From a virus: a DNA stretch of 64,000 nt. Under the pieces are notes generated by a model. That model saw only the letters and a program-made list of their open reading frames with translations, searched no databases and was not told the DNA's origin. Below are positions 1 to 9,056 of this stretch, piece after piece. Made by a program: the position numbers and the translations under genes. Numbering within the stretch: the first letter of the stretch is position 1; each line of letters opens with the position of its first letter. The DNA lies in IMG/VR virus record IMGVR_UViG_3300027754_005993, positions 32,001 through 96,000 of that record. The stretch is one strand, 5' to 3'.

Positions 1-1
1 C

Positions 2-3000
2 GTCCCCAGTGGTCCCTTTGTTGGTCCGTGTACGGTACAAGTACCTCATGTACCAGTACCTAGTGATCTCCGTGACTGTATTCCTATACCACCAAATGAG
101 AATGGATGTCAAGATAATACTGTTCCTTGTTGTTTCACTGCGGACAATGAACCTGGATCGTTTTGTTTCTGTCTGGATCCTGTTATATGCGAAACAATAC
201 AAGGATCTCAAGTAGATAATTGTTCCCTTTGTTTGGAAGGTGGACCTAGTGGTGGACCTAGTGGTGGACCTAGCGGACCTGGCGGACCTAGTGGTGGTGG
301 CGACAATGATATTATTGTAATTATCATTCAGGGAAATACTGGTCCAACTGGTCCAACTGGTCCAACTGGTCCAAGTGCTCTTCCAACAGAAAAAGATGTA
401 ATTTACATTCCAGTAGATTCTTTACAAGAATGCTCTAATGATAAAATCATTCGTGGATTTATCAAGCACACAACAAAGGAAGCAGTTGGGCAATATAATC
501 AAATATATGTCTATGCTGCGCCATACCTCTGGGATGTAGAAGTCAGCGATTGGTCATTCTACGATTATGGTACAGAATCTGGGTTGATTCCTGGTGTTGT
601 AGATCCCATAATTAAAGAAAATACACAAAATTGTCTTTTATCCTCAGGTTGCTATAATACCACATGCTTGAGTTCTGTCGCACTTGAAGTGTTGAGAAGA
701 ACATGCGTAGCAGAAATACAATTATTGAGTGTAGAACTTGAAATAATGAAACAACTTAAGGAAAAAATTCAAAATGAATATAAGAGTGCATGGATCAAGA
801 ACTACGCAGAATGGCATACAAGAAATTCATTCTTCTTCTCCAAGAATCCTGGTTCCTCTATCTTCAAATCAGAAGTAAAGGAAACTGTTTCTTCTCCACT
901 TTCGCTTCAAAATATAAAATCCATAACTCGTAAGGAAATTCGTGGAAGTAGATATGAACTTCTTTCTAATAAGATTGGCATAACTGGAGCATCTGCTGGT
1001 CAATGGTTATATAAGATTTTCTTTGGTGGACAAACTGGATCCACTGCTCATCCCTATTATAGTCAAAAATATAAGGAAGAGTCATTCATAACATCTAGAA
1101 AACCACATTCTTGGTTTGGATTTACTGACGCAGATGGAACTGATGATAAAACTTTCTTTATTGATGGTGGAAAATTTACATACGAAGGACAACCTGTAGA
1201 TTCTAGTCCAGATTATCGTGGAGAGGAATATCGCGAACAGGGAGCAATTCATATTGGATCAAATGATTTACAAGATCTGACAACAATAACTTCAGAGGCA
1301 AATCCAATTTTTGATTATGGTTATGCGCAATCAGATTTGAGCAAGCAAGATGGAGCAGCATCAATACTTTCTATTGAAGATCTCAAGAAGTATAGAAATA
1401 CATTCAACTTCTACCAAACTGGAGCAACAAGCACACCACCCAATATAAAGAAGGAACAAATTTCTTCTTATGTTAGAATCGAATTCGCAACTCCAATTGG
1501 ATTGGATAGAATCAAAGATTTTCCAAATGGATTTGTACGAGATGCTGGTGTTGAATATTTCTTACCATATCTTGTAAGTTTGACGGTTGGACCATTAGGA
1601 AGACAAGCACCAAAATATAATGTTGCTGTAATTGGAATGGATCCTTTTGGATTTGATGTTGCGGTAAAGAAGATTAAAGATGATCTTCCAACAAATAGAA
1701 AACTACAAGGAATAGATAAAGGTAATTATTATGATTGGTGGAATCATGATACTGGATCCGTACTATCAAAAGCAAATTACTTAACATCAGATTATAATGG
1801 AATGGATCTATGGCCAGAAGCAGGATTTGAAACAGAATTCCCATATTATTCATTTGATCCAACCGAAGACGATTTGCATAGTGGTGGACCAGATATGGAT
1901 TTTCATATGGGTGGTGGATATAACTTTGAAAATGGTTCCCAAAACTGGATGGAATCTTTATATCATTATGGAATGAGTAGCGGTAAACAATTTGATCCAT
2001 TGTATAGAACTTCTGTTGTTGGATCATATATTCTTCCAAACAGTTATAGAAAATTAAAACCACATCGTTCTTGGTGGTCATTGTTTGTTCCTAGAAATCT
2101 GTTTATTCCAATACGCTTTGCCAATATTCTCAAATCTCCAAATACAAAAGCAAGAGACATGTTTGGTGGAAGAGGAATATTTACAATTTCGCCAAATTAT
2201 TGGAGAACTTGGTATGGAAATGAATTTGCAAGTTGGATAAATCCAGATAAGATAAATTTAGAATCTTTAGTAGCTGAGAAGGCTCCAGATTTGAATTTCC
2301 TTGTAGATGACCACGATGAATATGCGGGTGAAGTTCAAAAAACCTATATTTCTGCCCACAAAGATCCAAATGTACATGGTTCTGGTTATTTTAGAGATTC
2401 GTTGATGTATTATCTGGCAGGAAATTATAATCTATACAGACCAGGATTAGTCAAGACTGAACTATGGCAATGGGATTTGAGTGGAGAAAGTGATTATGGA
2501 TTGATCACTCCACCAGTGGATACTGAATATGAACCATTTGACCGAAACTTCTCTGTACAGTTTGTGGTTCATGGTAAGGGAATCCGAACATGTAAGGATA
2601 TTGGATTGGAATGCGTGAATCCAAGTGCCATTCAAAATGGTCCTGTTCTTTCTGCTAGTGGATGCACTGCAAGTCCATATTGTAATTGCCCAGCGCAGTA
2701 TAATATACCAATAGAAGCAGAACCAACATATCTTGAAATTCAAAAATTATATAATGAAATAAATGAATGCGCCTTGATAGAAAATGTAATGGGTAAAGAT
2801 TACTTAGGTTGCGATTATAAAGATCCAAATTTACATTGTAGTTGTAATTGCCCAGAGCAAGGAAAACTCTATAATTCCTTTAATGCTATGACCAAAACAT
2901 ATGCGACTTTCTGGAACACTCCCCCAGGAGTTCCTCTACAACGAAATGCGGAAATGGTACAATTAGAATCGCAAAAGTTAAGACTAAAGATATATCCAAA

Positions 3001-3229
3001 TCCAAAGGTTAAAATTGGAAAGATTGTGGAGATATTTGATATAAACGACATACCAGAAAATACCAAATACAAATATAAAGCAATTTCTGGAAGATGGATG
3101 GTATATGAAATTTTCCACAGAATGACTCCTTCTTCATATTCTATGGAAATTATATTGGTTAGAGATTCACTACCGTTTGATCCAGAGCAAGCACAAGTAC
3201 CTACAAAAATATTGGACGCTAATAATTAA
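2..3229 (+). CDS. Very large baseplate hub-like (gp27/Mu gp44-like C-terminus) virion protein with Cys-rich and GPS/GPT repeat insertions; 5'-truncated
   Basis: Frame is open from base 2 (VPSGPFVGPC...), so the ORF starts before the window and the TTG at 233 is internal. The C-terminus KIGKIVEI...ISGRWMVYEIFHRMTPSSYSMEIILVRDS resembles the end of T4-like hub proteins. It lies directly before gp25. Confidence 0.5.
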   Translation, partial: VPSGPFVGPCTVQVPHVPVPSDLRDCIPIPPNENGCQDNTVPCCFTADNEPGSFCFCLDPVICETIQGSQVDNCSLCLEGGPSGGPSGGPSGPGGPSGGGDNDIIVIIIQGNTGPTGPTGPTGPSALPTEKDVIYIPVDSLQECSNDKIIRGFIKHTTKEAVGQYNQIYVYAAPYLWDVEVSDWSFYDYGTESGLIPGVVDPIIKENTQNCLLSSGCYNTTCLSSVALEVLRRTCVAEIQLLSVELEIMKQLKEKIQNEYKSAWIKNYAEWHTRNSFFFSKNPGSSIFKSEVKETVSSPLSLQNIKSITRKEIRGSRYELLSNKIGITGASAGQWLYKIFFGGQTGSTAHPYYSQKYKEESFITSRKPHSWFGFTDADGTDDKTFFIDGGKFTYEGQPVDSSPDYRGEEYREQGAIHIGSNDLQDLTTITSEANPIFDYGYAQSDLSKQDGAASILSIEDLKKYRNTFNFYQTGATSTPPNIKKEQISSYVRIEFATPIGLDRIKDFPNGFVRDAGVEYFLPYLVSLTVGPLGRQAPKYNVAVIGMDPFGFDVAVKKIKDDLPTNRKLQGIDKGNYYDWWNHDTGSVLSKANYLTSDYNGMDLWPEAGFETEFPYYSFDPTEDDLHSGGPDMDFHMGGGYNFENGSQNWMESLYHYGMSSGKQFDPLYRTSVVGSYILPNSYRKLKPHRSWWSLFVPRNLFIPIRFANILKSPNTKARDMFGGRGIFTISPNYWRTWYGNEFASWINPDKINLESLVAEKAPDLNFLVDDHDEYAGEVQKTYISAHKDPNVHGSGYFRDSLMYYLAGNYNLYRPGLVKTELWQWDLSGESDYGLITPPVDTEYEPFDRNFSVQFVVHGKGIRTCKDIGLECVNPSAIQNGPVLSASGCTASPYCNCPAQYNIPIEAEPTYLEIQKLYNEINECALIENVMGKDYLGCDYKDPNLHCSCNCPEQGKLYNSFNAMTKTYATFWNTPPGVPLQRNAEMVQLESQKLRLKIYPNPKVKIGKIVEIFDINDIPENTKYKYKAISGRWMVYEIFHRMTPSSYSMEIILVRDSLPFDPEQAQVPTKILDANN
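239..372 (+). repeat. Coding tandem repeats (GGPS)n and (GPT)n
   Basis: ggtggacctagt x3 and ggtccaact x3-4 are visible in the sequence. Confidence 0.9.
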
Positions 3230-3240
3230 TAAATAATAAT

Positions 3241-3633
3241 ATGATTAGTAACAGACCAAATTATACAGATTTACCATTTTTTCTTTCAAAAAATGCATTT
3301 ACTGGAGACTTAAATACAGTAAAGGATCTTTCCGCAATTCGGCAAGCTCTTAAGAATTTGGTTATGAGTGATAATGGAGAAAGACCATTTAATTATGATT
3401 TTGGTTGTGGATTTTATAAAACTATTTTTGAAAACTATACAATGGAACTTATGATGGATATTCAACAGAAAGTATCCAGCAATATACGAATGTTTGAGCA
3501 AAGAGTGATTATTAATAATATAAGAGTTGTTGATGCCCCAAAGCAAAATGCAATAAATGTTTATATTGATTTTGGTCTGCCAGATGTTAATATTCAAGAC
3601 ACAATAAGTATAGCACTAACAAGGACAAGATAA
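3241..3633 (+). CDS. gp25: Baseplate wedge subunit gp25
   Basis: DL...AIRQALKNLV...GERPFNYDFGCG...FEQRV motif; 130 aa; upstream of gp6. Confidence 0.92.
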   Translation: MISNRPNYTDLPFFLSKNAFTGDLNTVKDLSAIRQALKNLVMSDNGERPFNYDFGCGFYKTIFENYTMELMMDIQQKVSSNIRMFEQRVIINNIRVVDAPKQNAINVYIDFGLPDVNIQDTISIALTRTR

Positions 3634-5399
3634 TGGCAACAAATAGCAATACACCAACAACACTTGGAAGTCTTGAGTTTTCCGAGATTAAGAGAAATCT
3701 AACAAGTTATTTGAAGAACCAATCTGTATTTTCTGGATATAATTTTGAAGGAAGTGCGTTACAGTCTGTAATTGATTTATTGGCATATAATACTTTTTAT
3801 TATGCGTATTACGCCAATATGATTAATGCGGAAGCATTTTTAGACAGTGCTCAAAAAGAAGATTCTATAATTTCTCTTTGTAAGCCTCTCGGATATACAG
3901 TTCCTGCTAGAACTTCCTCACGCGCATCTATACTTGTTTCTGGATTGTCTGGAGTAAATACAATTGCATCAGGAACTGTATTCCGTTCTTCAGATTCTAA
4001 TGGAACTTCATATAACTTCTACACCTTAGAGGATATTCCAGTAGTAGATGGTCTTGCTTCTGCTTTTAATGTTTATGAAGGAATAAATTATATTTCATTT
4101 GATGCTCTTCCAAATTTTGACTATGAAAATCAAAAAATAGCAATTGCTGCTACAACTGTAGATCTTGATACTGTTCAAGTTACAACAACAGATGATGCGG
4201 GAGATGTTCGGGTCTGGAGCAAAGTAGGAAATATTGGATATACTTCCAGAATAGATGAAAATATCTACTTTATAGAAAGAACAAGTACTGGATTTGCGAT
4301 TCTATTTGGATCTGTGAATTCAGTTGGAAAATCAATAGATTCTACCATAGAAAAATTAAATGTTCGTTACTTGACCTGTAATGGTTCTGCTCCGAATAGT
4401 CTTTCTGCATTTTCTTCACCAACACTCAATGGTGTTGTTCAAGCGGTAAGTCAATCTTTTGGTGGTAAATCAAATCCAGATCTTGATGAAGTTCGTTTTA
4501 TTGCTCCAAAATGGTTTGCTGCTCAAGAACGAGCAGTCACAGTCAATGACTATAAAGCATTGCTTCTGCAATCTGGTTATTTTCAATCTGATCAACAATT
4601 TAATGTATTTGGTGGTCAAGATCTGATACCACCAAAATATGGAAGAGTATTTGTTAGCGCAAATCTACAAGTTGGAAATGAAGGCGATGACGCAAAAATA
4701 AGAGACATTATGAATTTTCTCAAGGATCGTAGCGTAATTACAATCTTCCCTGAATATGTAATAACTGAAGCATTAAATGTATATACTGATTTTTTCTTTG
4801 GATTGGGACCAAGTACAACAAACGACGCAAAGACACGAACCAGTTTATTGGGATCGGTTAAATCTTTATTCAAAGCAAATTACAGTGTAACTGGAAAATT
4901 CAATGTTTCATTTAGTGCATCCGATTTCATCTCTTTATTGAGAGGAAACTCAAGTACAGATATAAGCACCATTATTATTTCTCCTGATAATTTTACAAAT
5001 TATGTCAGAGAGACTTTAGTTGCAGATAAAGAATATCTGTTTAACTTGGGAAATGAATTATATCTTCAACCATTTACTTCGGTGAATATCACGGAACCAT
5101 TTGATACAGCACTGAACGCAGTTGGAACTAAATCCGTGCTAAGAATGTCAGTAAGTTCAAATTCATCCAAAAACAATAAAACAAATCTTCAGTTATATCA
5201 CATAAATCAAACAACTGGAGAAGAAACTTTTGTTCCTGGAGATTATGGATATTTTATAGCAAACCAAGGTGTTATATCAATCAATAAAGGTTTGATATCA
5301 ACAACAGCAATAATGAATGTTGTATTCGCGAAAAAGAGTTTTAATATAAAGTTCAATAACTTAGTAACTTTTGATTATAATACGGTAGCAATAGTCTAA
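3633..5399 (+). CDS. gp6: Baseplate wedge subunit gp6
   Basis: LEFSEIKRNL..YL...YNFEGSAL..IDLLAYNTFY...EAFLDSAQ; AQERAVTVNDY; PPKYGRVFVS. Confidence 0.95.
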   Translation: MATNSNTPTTLGSLEFSEIKRNLTSYLKNQSVFSGYNFEGSALQSVIDLLAYNTFYYAYYANMINAEAFLDSAQKEDSIISLCKPLGYTVPARTSSRASILVSGLSGVNTIASGTVFRSSDSNGTSYNFYTLEDIPVVDGLASAFNVYEGINYISFDALPNFDYENQKIAIAATTVDLDTVQVTTTDDAGDVRVWSKVGNIGYTSRIDENIYFIERTSTGFAILFGSVNSVGKSIDSTIEKLNVRYLTCNGSAPNSLSAFSSPTLNGVVQAVSQSFGGKSNPDLDEVRFIAPKWFAAQERAVTVNDYKALLLQSGYFQSDQQFNVFGGQDLIPPKYGRVFVSANLQVGNEGDDAKIRDIMNFLKDRSVITIFPEYVITEALNVYTDFFFGLGPSTTNDAKTRTSLLGSVKSLFKANYSVTGKFNVSFSASDFISLLRGNSSTDISTIIISPDNFTNYVRETLVADKEYLFNLGNELYLQPFTSVNITEPFDTALNAVGTKSVLRMSVSSNSSKNNKTNLQLYHINQTTGEETFVPGDYGYFIANQGVISINKGLISTTAIMNVVFAKKSFNIKFNNLVTFDYNTVAIV

Positions 5400-6538
5400 T
5401 GTTATCATCTTCACTAAACAAAAAAGTAGTAACTGTAGATAATAGTCTTGCTAGATTGTATGACACAATCAGTGAACTAAATTCTACTTTATTTAATAGT
5501 GTTTGTCCAACGAATCATGATATAACTAATCAAATACCATTGTGGGTTATATTTGAAAAGGAAGATAGAATATCTAATGGCAATAGTGGATTAAATCTCT
5601 ATGATTTCCTTCAAAAATATTATGATTGGTTATATTGTGATGAAACTGCTGGAGCACAATATGAATTGTCCAAAAGATTATTAGATATAGTTGATGTTGA
5701 AAAAACTAGAAGTAAGTTTCTAGAGCGTTTAGCAGGTATATACGCAACTGGATTTGATGTAAATTCTCTAGAATCGTATGGTGGTCTGGTTCGCGAAGAA
5801 AACTTAAGAAAATTCATAAAAGGAATCAGAAGAACATTCTATCACAAGAAAACGACTGAAGATGGTATTCGTTATTTCTTTCAGACTCTATATGGAGTTG
5901 ATGAAGAAGACATACAGATACAGGTTCCAAAAGAATTTATACTCAGACTGAATGGTGGAAAATTCTCAGATCCTAATTTCCTTTTCTCTGGTCAAACTGG
6001 AGGGTATACTGCTACAAATGCCTTAAGTGGAAGTTATCTCAATGGATCGCGATTACAGGATGGAAATTGGATTCAGGATTGGTCATATCTGCTGAAGGTT
6101 GGAATTTCTTCCTCCAAGTATAAACAAAACTATCTTGATATCGCACATCCTGCTGGATTGAAAGTAGTTTTTGAAAAAACACTCGCAGATTATCAAGGCC
6201 CAACATTTGACGATACTGTTGCTACAATTTGCGATTCTGCGTATCTTAGAAATTATACTCCATATGGAATTTCTTTCAATTATTCCTCATCTGGAGCAAC
6301 ATCATCAAATACTTACTGGTCTACTGTCTCTGGATTGACACTCATAGGTCTTGCTAGAAATACGGGTTGCTGTGGGGCAAGTTATTCTGGGTTCACTGGA
6401 ACTACCCATGTATTTCCAAACTGGTCTGGGCAATATTCTACAAGTAATTTTAAGGACATATATATCAGCACAATGTTTGAATTGTGCTATCCGACAGAAT
6501 CTGGAGGATCTCCGAATTCTGGGTATGTTTGTATTTAA
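5399..6538 (+). CDS. gp7: Baseplate wedge initiator gp7-like (compact)
   Basis: FLQKYYDWL, FYHKKTTEDGIRYFFQTLYG, LQDG..IQDWSY and HPAGLKVVF motifs; lies between gp6 and gp8. Confidence 0.7.
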   Translation: MLSSSLNKKVVTVDNSLARLYDTISELNSTLFNSVCPTNHDITNQIPLWVIFEKEDRISNGNSGLNLYDFLQKYYDWLYCDETAGAQYELSKRLLDIVDVEKTRSKFLERLAGIYATGFDVNSLESYGGLVREENLRKFIKGIRRTFYHKKTTEDGIRYFFQTLYGVDEEDIQIQVPKEFILRLNGGKFSDPNFLFSGQTGGYTATNALSGSYLNGSRLQDGNWIQDWSYLLKVGISSSKYKQNYLDIAHPAGLKVVFEKTLADYQGPTFDDTVATICDSAYLRNYTPYGISFNYSSSGATSSNTYWSTVSGLTLIGLARNTGCCGASYSGFTGTTHVFPNWSGQYSTSNFKDIYISTMFELCYPTESGGSPNSGYVCI

Positions 6539-6550
6539 TTAGGAATTAAA

Positions 6551-8305
6551 ATGAGCACTAAAAGCATAAATGTTAAAAACTTTGTAAAAGACGCTGGAGT
6601 AAAGAACCAACTCTTTGTCTTTGCTGGATATAATCCAAATGTTGCAATTTCTGAAACAAATCAAAGTTCTATTGATATTTGGAATTATTCTGATTTTTCT
6701 GTTCGTATTGGTAAACCAAATATAATGCCCGTTGTGCCAAATGTAAAATGGAATCAATCAAAACCATATACGCCATGGTCATCAGTCACCCCAAACTCTG
6801 GCAATTTTTATGCTCTAAATGAACAAAATGGATATGTTTATCTGTGTGTCAGTGATAATTTAGCAAATCGTACAGATCATAATGGAACTATGGTTTCTAA
6901 TATAAGACCAACTCACTCAGCAGGAATTGAAAGATATTCTGATGGATTTGCTTGGAAACCATTATATAAGATCACTCCTTCTTTGGAAAAATTTGTATCA
7001 AATTCGTGGTTGCCAGTTGTGTCTTTTGAATTTTTTGATTCATCAACTCAGGAAACATTTGGAAGATTGACAAAGGCATTTTGCAGTCCTGCTACACCTA
7101 GCAATATAGGTCAATGCGCTTTATATGCGAAGATCGCTTTAAATCAAGATGACGATACAACAGTCACGGAATATGAAAAGGGAGACTTATTTTGTACGGC
7201 AAACGATTTGTCATGTTCGCAATGTTATTATTTAACGGTAAATGACGATAAATATGAATCTGTATACTACGAAGATGGCGAAACAGTCCCACAAACGAAA
7301 CAAATACTTGATAATTATGATTTAATTTCATCGTATATTGATACGGGGGAAATAAGTCCATCTTCTCCTTATTATTATTTGTATCAAATAAATGCTAATG
7401 ATAATTTAAATGAAGGTGGTGTTGTATCTGCCTTCATTGATCTTTCTGGATTCAGTACATCTCAATTGATTACATCATCTTCAAATCCAGAATTTACAAT
7501 TACTAGTAATAGTGGGTATGGCGCACGCATTAGATTACTCACCACCATCAATAATAATTCATATATCATATCTGGAATTGAAGTATTGGAAGGTGGATCT
7601 TACTATAAAGATATTACTTTAGAAATGGATCCAAATAGCATTTCAATTGATTCTGATATGTTGGTTTCTGCTATACAAGTTAATCTAGACGCAATAGATG
7701 GTTTAGGATTTGATCCAGTTGATGTATTGAATGCACAGCATGTAATGGTAGATGCTAGAATAGAAAAGAAAACAATAAATGATACAACAAGTATTATACT
7801 TCCAGATAAATTGAATTTTTTTGGTCTTGTTCAAAATCCATCATCTACAGTTGGAACAAATATAATCACATCTGGATCTAATAAAAATCAAAAGTTAGAT
7901 ATTGTCTACAGAACAACTATATTGGCAGAAGTATCTACAGACACATTAAATTCCCTTCCAACAACAGATAACATATACAACACACAGGGAGTAAATTCAA
8001 CAAATTCCAGTGTAACCTCAAGTACAACAAATGGTGTTTTTATTGGTGGTGTAGGAAATATAGGTGAAGGTGGAGCGGCATCTTTTTATATTGCAAGTGA
8101 ATTAAAAAATGTAGCATATGCTAAAGCAAATTCATTGGTTGGAGTCACACTGGCAAATAATGTAACTATTACGGCAGTATACCAACAACCAGAATTTATT
8201 CAATATACTGGTAAAGTTCTGTCAGTTAAGAAACTAAATACAGATCTGCCAATAAGTGATGTGGATTCTGTAATTATTCGTATAAATATGATAAAGGGAA
8301 TGTAA
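6551..8305 (+). CDS. gp8: Baseplate wedge subunit gp8-like
   Basis: FYALNEQNGYVYLCVSDN...PTH......DGFAWKPLYKI; C-terminal YTGKVL..; synteny. Confidence 0.8.
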   Translation: MSTKSINVKNFVKDAGVKNQLFVFAGYNPNVAISETNQSSIDIWNYSDFSVRIGKPNIMPVVPNVKWNQSKPYTPWSSVTPNSGNFYALNEQNGYVYLCVSDNLANRTDHNGTMVSNIRPTHSAGIERYSDGFAWKPLYKITPSLEKFVSNSWLPVVSFEFFDSSTQETFGRLTKAFCSPATPSNIGQCALYAKIALNQDDDTTVTEYEKGDLFCTANDLSCSQCYYLTVNDDKYESVYYEDGETVPQTKQILDNYDLISSYIDTGEISPSSPYYYLYQINANDNLNEGGVVSAFIDLSGFSTSQLITSSSNPEFTITSNSGYGARIRLLTTINNNSYIISGIEVLEGGSYYKDITLEMDPNSISIDSDMLVSAIQVNLDAIDGLGFDPVDVLNAQHVMVDARIEKKTINDTTSIILPDKLNFFGLVQNPSSTVGTNIITSGSNKNQKLDIVYRTTILAEVSTDTLNSLPTTDNIYNTQGVNSTNSSVTSSTTNGVFIGGVGNIGEGGAASFYIASELKNVAYAKANSLVGVTLANNVTITAVYQQPEFIQYTGKVLSVKKLNTDLPISDVDSVIIRINMIKGM

Positions 8306-8306
8306 C

Positions 8307-9041
8307 ATGCCACAAAGTCCTCTAGGTTCAGATTTACCCCTAAGCGGTTCACCATACCACAGTAGAGTATCTTCACACTATGGAAGTGAAGATAAGAATT
8401 ACTATATGGTGGCATTTACCCCTGGATATGCTTTACAAGCATCAGAACTTAATGAATTTCAAGAATTATTCTTTTTGAATCAAAGTCTAACGCAAAGAAT
8501 GAATAGTAATTGGTCAGCAACTGCTTACAGTACTCCATTTTGGGAAGGGTTGATTCCACTACAATCAAATGGATGTACAGCATCTACTCCAATTATCGCT
8601 GCCGATATAGGCACTAATTTTAATCAGGCAAGCACAAGTGTAACTTTTAATGCTGGTTGGTATCTTTGGACGGAATATTCAAGCAAATTGAGTTTTTGGA
8701 TATATTTAAGTAGTACATTACGAAGAACAGTACAAACTACTGCTGTGGGTGGAGTAGGCACATTTTATATTGGTCTTGATGGATCAACCAATCAAATAAA
8801 TTGCTGTCCATCAGCAGAATGTTCAGATACTCAAGATCCAACACTTAGAGACAATTCTAGAGATGGAAGCACCAGTAATTCTTACTTTACTTGTGGTGCT
8901 GCAAGATTGGGAATAACTTTTGGATCAACTCCAGAAATACGAAATGCGATTGCTTCTAATTTTTATCCAATATTTAAATTTAGCATAAATGGTGCTACGG
9001 CAACAGTCAAATTCATGGACGATCAACAAGTTTCAACCTAA
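8307..9041 (+). CDS. Virion structural protein, DUF4815-like N-terminal domain (short)
   Basis: SPY.....KNYYMVAFTPGYALQASELNEFQ matches the start of the protein that follows gp8 in environmental T4-like phages. Confidence 0.65.
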   Translation: MPQSPLGSDLPLSGSPYHSRVSSHYGSEDKNYYMVAFTPGYALQASELNEFQELFFLNQSLTQRMNSNWSATAYSTPFWEGLIPLQSNGCTASTPIIAADIGTNFNQASTSVTFNAGWYLWTEYSSKLSFWIYLSSTLRRTVQTTAVGGVGTFYIGLDGSTNQINCCPSAECSDTQDPTLRDNSRDGSTSNSYFTCGAARLGITFGSTPEIRNAIASNFYPIFKFSINGATATVKFMDDQQVST

Positions 9042-9056
9042 GCGGATTAACTACAA

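Noticed and set aside
9-215. 68-aa ORF in frame 3 and the TTG start at 233
   Set aside because: Frame 2 is open from base 2 and continuous with the long ORF; the short ORF is a shadow
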